Shown here piece by piece: positions 61,285-64,000 of a stretch of 64,000 nt of DNA (within the stretch, counting starts at the first letter, position 1; every line of letters starts with the position of its first letter). This DNA is from an uncultured Clostridia bacterium (lineage in GTDB: Bacteria > Bacillota > Clostridia > TANB77 > CAG-508). The stretch is from positions 670,812 through 734,811 of the forward strand of contig OZ006973.1 in NCBI GenBank assembly GCA_963931085.1. Direction: 5' to 3'. The notes under the pieces are model-generated. The model saw only the letters and a program-made list of their open reading frames with translations. It had not been told where the DNA came from and ran no database searches. Both the position numbers and the translations under genes were made by a program.

Positions 61285-63935
61285 TGAAAAAAGAAAATGA
61301 GTCAAGTTTAGATAATATCAATACAGATGATTTATCACCAATGATGCAAAATTATATGGCAAAAAAAGAAGAATATAAAGATTGTATATTATTTTACAGA
61401 TTAGGTGACTTTTACGAGATGTTCTTTGATGATGCTATTTTAGCATCAAGAGAACTTGAGATTACTTTAACAGGAAGAAATTGTGGTTTAGAAGAAAGAG
61501 CTCCTATGTGTGGAGTTCCTTTCCATGCAGCAGAAATTTACATATCTAAATTAATAAACAAAGGTTACAAAGTTGCAATTTGTGAACAATTAGAAGATCC
61601 TAAAAAAGCTAAAGGAATGGTAAAAAGAGATGTTATAAGAGTTGTAACACCTGGAACTGTTATAGAATCTAATATGTTAGATGAAAAAAGAAATAACTTT
61701 ATAATGTCTATTGTTAAAAAAGGTTTGTTTTTTGGTATAGCAGTATGCGATGTAAGCACAGGTGATTTTTATGCAACACAAATTATTGAAGATAATAATT
61801 TCTTTAAATTATTAGATGAAATTGCAAGATACCTTCCTGCAGAGATAGTAGTAAACTCAATGATGAAAAATTCAGAAGTAGAATTAAATCAGATTAAAGA
61901 TAGATTAAATCCATGTATTACAGAATTAAAAGAAGAAGATTTTTCAGAAGATACTGATTTTATATCTAATATGTATAATATAGTAGATTCTTCTGGAAGA
62001 AAATTTACAGATTACAAATCACACCTTCTTGTAGTAGCTGCAATTAATGGATTAAATAATTATTTAACTGAAACACAAAAAATAAAACTTGAACATATAA
62101 ATACTATTAAAATATATGAGACTACTAAATACATGGCATTAGATATCAATGCTAGAAGAAATCTAGAGCTTACAGAAAGATTAAGAGATAAATCTAAAAG
62201 AGGAACTCTTTTATGGGTATTAGATAAAACGTCAACATCAATGGGTGGAAGACTCTTAAGAAGATGGATAAATGATCCACTTATAGATGTTAAAGAAATA
62301 AATAATAGATTAGATGCTGTAGAAGAGTTAAAAGAAAATCTTATTTTAAGGGGAGATATTTTAGAAAGTCTAAAAAAAGTTTATGATATTGAAAGATTAG
62401 TTGGGAAAATATCTTATGGAAATGCAAATGCAAGAGATATGATTTCACTTAAGACTTCTTTAAGTAATCTTCCTGAATTAAAAAGTATTTTGAGTAACAC
62501 AAAATCTAATTTACTTAATAATTTATATGAAGAATTAGATGAGCTTAAAGATGTAACAGAACTTATTGAAGAATCAATAGTAGATGATCCACCAATTACA
62601 ATAAAAGAAGGCGGAATTATAAAAGATGGATATAGTAGTGAAATTGATGAATGTAGAAAAGCTTCAGTAGAGGGGAAAAATTGGATATTAAATATAGAAG
62701 CAAAAGAAAAAGAATTAACAGGAATTAAAAACTTAAAAGTAGGATATACTAAAGTATTTGGATATTATATTGAAGTTACAAAATCATTTTTATCACAAGT
62801 ACCAGATAGATATATTAGAAAACAGACTTTAACAGGATGTGAAAGATATATTACAGAAGAATTAAAAGAGATAGAAGATAAAGTTTTAGGAGCAGAAGAA
62901 AAGATAACATCACTTGAATATGATGAATTTACTAAAATAAGAAATAAAATCTCTAGTCAAATTGAGAGAATTCAAAAAGCTTCTAATATAGTAGCAACTG
63001 TAGATGTTTTATCTGATTTTGCTTTAGTTGCTGATGATTATGGATATAATAAACCAAAAGTAGATAATGAAGATGTGATAGATATAAAAGATGGAAGACA
63101 TCCAGTAGTAGAAAGAATGGTAGAAAGAGGAACTTTTGTTGAAAATGATACATTCTTAAATGAAACTACTGATAGACTTTCAATTATTACAGGTCCTAAT
63201 ATGGCAGGAAAGTCTACATATATGAGACAAGTAGCTTTAATTTGTCTTATGGCTCAAATAGGATCTTTTGTACCTGCAAGCTCATGTAAAGTTGGCGTTG
63301 TAGATAAAATATTTACTAGAGTTGGTGCATCTGATGATTTAAGCATGGGACAAAGTACATTTATGGTAGAGATGATGGAAGTTTCTACTATATTAAGAGA
63401 AGCTACAAGAAAAAGTCTTGTAATATTAGATGAAATAGGAAGAGGAACTTCCACATATGATGGACTCTCTATTGCGTGGGCTGTTGCTGAATATATGGCA
63501 AATCCAGAGACTGCAGGATGTAAAACTTTATTTGCAACACATTATCATGAACTTACAAGTTTAGAAGAAAAAATAGATGGGGTAAAAAATTATCAAGTTG
63601 CAGTTAAAGAAAAAGGAGAAGATATAGTTTTCTTAAGAAAAATATTACCAGGAGGAACAGACGAAAGCTATGGTATTCATGTAGCAAGACTTGCCGGAGT
63701 TCCTAAAAAAGTAATATCTAGAGCAAATGAGATATTGAAAACTTTAGAGAAAAAGGTTAAAATAAGAGAGAAGCAAGAAGAAAAAGAAATGAAAAAACAA
63801 GTTAGTGGACAACTTGATATGTATAATTATAAATTAGCAGATGTAGCTTCAGAACTTGATAAAATAGATGTAAATGAACTAACACCTATAGAGGCACTAA
63901 ATGCTATTGTTAAAATAAAAGAAAAATTAAAATAG
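61284..63935 (+). CDS. mutS: DNA mismatch repair protein MutS
   Basis: Mismatch-binding N-terminus (GDFYEMFFDDA), Walker A GPNMAGKST and an HTH C-terminus. Confidence 0.95.
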   Translation: MKKENESSLDNINTDDLSPMMQNYMAKKEEYKDCILFYRLGDFYEMFFDDAILASRELEITLTGRNCGLEERAPMCGVPFHAAEIYISKLINKGYKVAICEQLEDPKKAKGMVKRDVIRVVTPGTVIESNMLDEKRNNFIMSIVKKGLFFGIAVCDVSTGDFYATQIIEDNNFFKLLDEIARYLPAEIVVNSMMKNSEVELNQIKDRLNPCITELKEEDFSEDTDFISNMYNIVDSSGRKFTDYKSHLLVVAAINGLNNYLTETQKIKLEHINTIKIYETTKYMALDINARRNLELTERLRDKSKRGTLLWVLDKTSTSMGGRLLRRWINDPLIDVKEINNRLDAVEELKENLILRGDILESLKKVYDIERLVGKISYGNANARDMISLKTSLSNLPELKSILSNTKSNLLNNLYEELDELKDVTELIEESIVDDPPITIKEGGIIKDGYSSEIDECRKASVEGKNWILNIEAKEKELTGIKNLKVGYTKVFGYYIEVTKSFLSQVPDRYIRKQTLTGCERYITEELKEIEDKVLGAEEKITSLEYDEFTKIRNKISSQIERIQKASNIVATVDVLSDFALVADDYGYNKPKVDNEDVIDIKDGRHPVVERMVERGTFVENDTFLNETTDRLSIITGPNMAGKSTYMRQVALICLMAQIGSFVPASSCKVGVVDKIFTRVGASDDLSMGQSTFMVEMMEVSTILREATRKSLVILDEIGRGTSTYDGLSIAWAVAEYMANPETAGCKTLFATHYHELTSLEEKIDGVKNYQVAVKEKGEDIVFLRKILPGGTDESYGIHVARLAGVPKKVISRANEILKTLEKKVKIREKQEEKEMKKQVSGQLDMYNYKLADVASELDKIDVNELTPIEALNAIVKIKEKLK

Positions 63936-64000
63936 AAAATAAAAATAAATAAATGATAGCAAGAAGTAAAAAATAAATGTAAATATTAATAAATTTACTA

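Overview
The window is a 64 kb stretch of a low-GC (about 27%) chromosome from a spore-forming Firmicute, Clostridium-like. Identifications rest on motifs recognised by eye, since no searches could be run. Spore-former markers are gpr, sigH and a ylbF/ymcA-like gene. Housekeeping genes make up the backbone: ldh, nrdD-nrdG, ogt, tag, a T-box leader with tyrS, an ECF sigma/anti-sigma pair, a TetR regulator with a MacB-type ABC exporter, flavodoxin, ybaK, yebC, galE, tRNA-Thr(GGT), ychF, miaB and mutS. Several accessory blocks interrupt this backbone.
(1) A 14 kb Wzx/Wzy-dependent capsule/EPS locus lies at 25.9-40.1 kb. It encodes a fused Wzz/BY-kinase, a PHP tyrosine phosphatase, a priming sugar transferase, four GT4-type and one unusual glycosyltransferase, two LbH acetyltransferases, a radical-SAM/SPASM enzyme, Wzy, Wzx and a divergent LCP protein.
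(2) A toxin-antitoxin/defence-like islet lies at 41.9-47.7 kb. It holds an AbiEi/AbiEii module bracketed by two copies of a palindromic repeat element, a tight four-gene operon (PGAM-type phosphatase, Nudix, HAD, radical SAM), a frameshifted traX and a HepT/MNT pair.
(3) An alpha-glucan cluster (GH57, a Lys-rich protein, GT4) lies at 49.0-53.6 kb.
(4) Three compositionally foreign, GC-enriched small ORFs are present, two of them next to tRNA-Thr.
(5) A perfectly phased array of about 29 tandem 11-bp units (TGTCGCAYYTY) lies at 22770-23089.
(6) Several frameshift-disrupted genes are present.
No integrase, transposase, CRISPR array or rRNA was seen.
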